This document shows, piece after piece, positions 31,989 to 32,000 of a DNA stretch of 32,000 bases; position 1 is the stretch's first letter, and each line of letters starts with the position of its first letter. The position numbers and the translations under genes were made by a program. The stretch is from the NCBI RefSeq assembly GCF_036323395.1, contig NZ_AP028907.1, forward strand, positions 1,920,001 to 1,952,000, read 5' to 3'. The notes below the pieces were generated by a model, which searched no databases, had not been told where the DNA came from, and saw only the letters and a list, made by a program, of their open reading frames with translations. This DNA is from Pyrodictium abyssi (GTDB lineage: Archaea > Thermoproteota > Thermoprotei_A > Sulfolobales > Pyrodictiaceae).

Positions 31989-32000
31989 CCGGGAGAAGTG

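Larger units (their letters stand above)
5751..32000. mobile_element. integrated conjugative-plasmid-like element (left junction at the tRNA-Thr fragment; right end beyond the window)
   Basis: A tRNA fragment plus an adjacent tyrosine integrase mark the left end. G+C content rises abruptly compared with 1-5750. Gene content is VirB4-like, TraG/VirD4-like, a VirB2-like pilin and a type IV pilus set. I found no second copy of the tRNA-Thr segment by eye inside the window. Confidence 0.7.

Noticed and set aside
5751-32000. Relaxase, Rep/primase, ParA/ParB, prepilin peptidase or toxin-antitoxin genes within the element
   Set aside because: I looked for HUH/relaxase His-hydrophobic-His motifs, primase-polymerase or MCM-like motifs, deviant Walker A ParA motifs and GxGD peptidase motifs among all ORFs of 60 aa or more, and recognised none. 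Absence by eye is weak evidence and should be confirmed with profile searches.

Overview
This window looks like a crenarchaeal, hyperthermophile-type chromosome. Positions 1-5750 are host backbone of moderate G+C. They encode Rpo8, an SmAP3-like Sm protein, a split archaeosine tRNA-guanine transglycosylase (catalytic part plus a separate PUA part), a PAC2-family protein, an intron-containing tRNA-Pro(CGG), a small membrane protein and ribosomal protein eL38. At 5751 a 3' fragment of tRNA-Thr(GGU) abuts a tyrosine integrase, and from there the DNA is visibly much more G+C rich. The remaining 26 kb or more reads as an integrated, conjugative-plasmid-like element whose right end lies outside the window. 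It carries five things. (i) An archaeal type IV pilus module: three proteins with class III signal peptides, a PilB/FlaI-type ATPase and a FlaJ/TadC-type platform. (ii) A T4SS-like module in the bacterial virB2-virB3-virB4 order, followed by a Thr-rich secreted glycoprotein and a PKD-containing polytopic VirB6/CedA-like protein. (iii) A 1168-aa TraG/VirD4/HerA-FtsK-type ATPase with winged-helix, Hjc-like nuclease-like, acidic-repeat and coiled-coil C-terminal parts. (iv) Two lower-G+C cargo islands, one holding a DUF5131 (CxxxCxxC) plus TcmP-like pair divergent from an RHH operon. (v) Several non-coding repeat structures: a 545-bp AT-core region bounded by inverted repeats, TGCTAGG iterons, and a CCGGGAGAAG 10-mer that I found only in intergenic regions. 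I saw no relaxase, Rep protein, prepilin peptidase, CRISPR array or rRNA. All family assignments rest on motif recognition by eye and need profile or structure searches.
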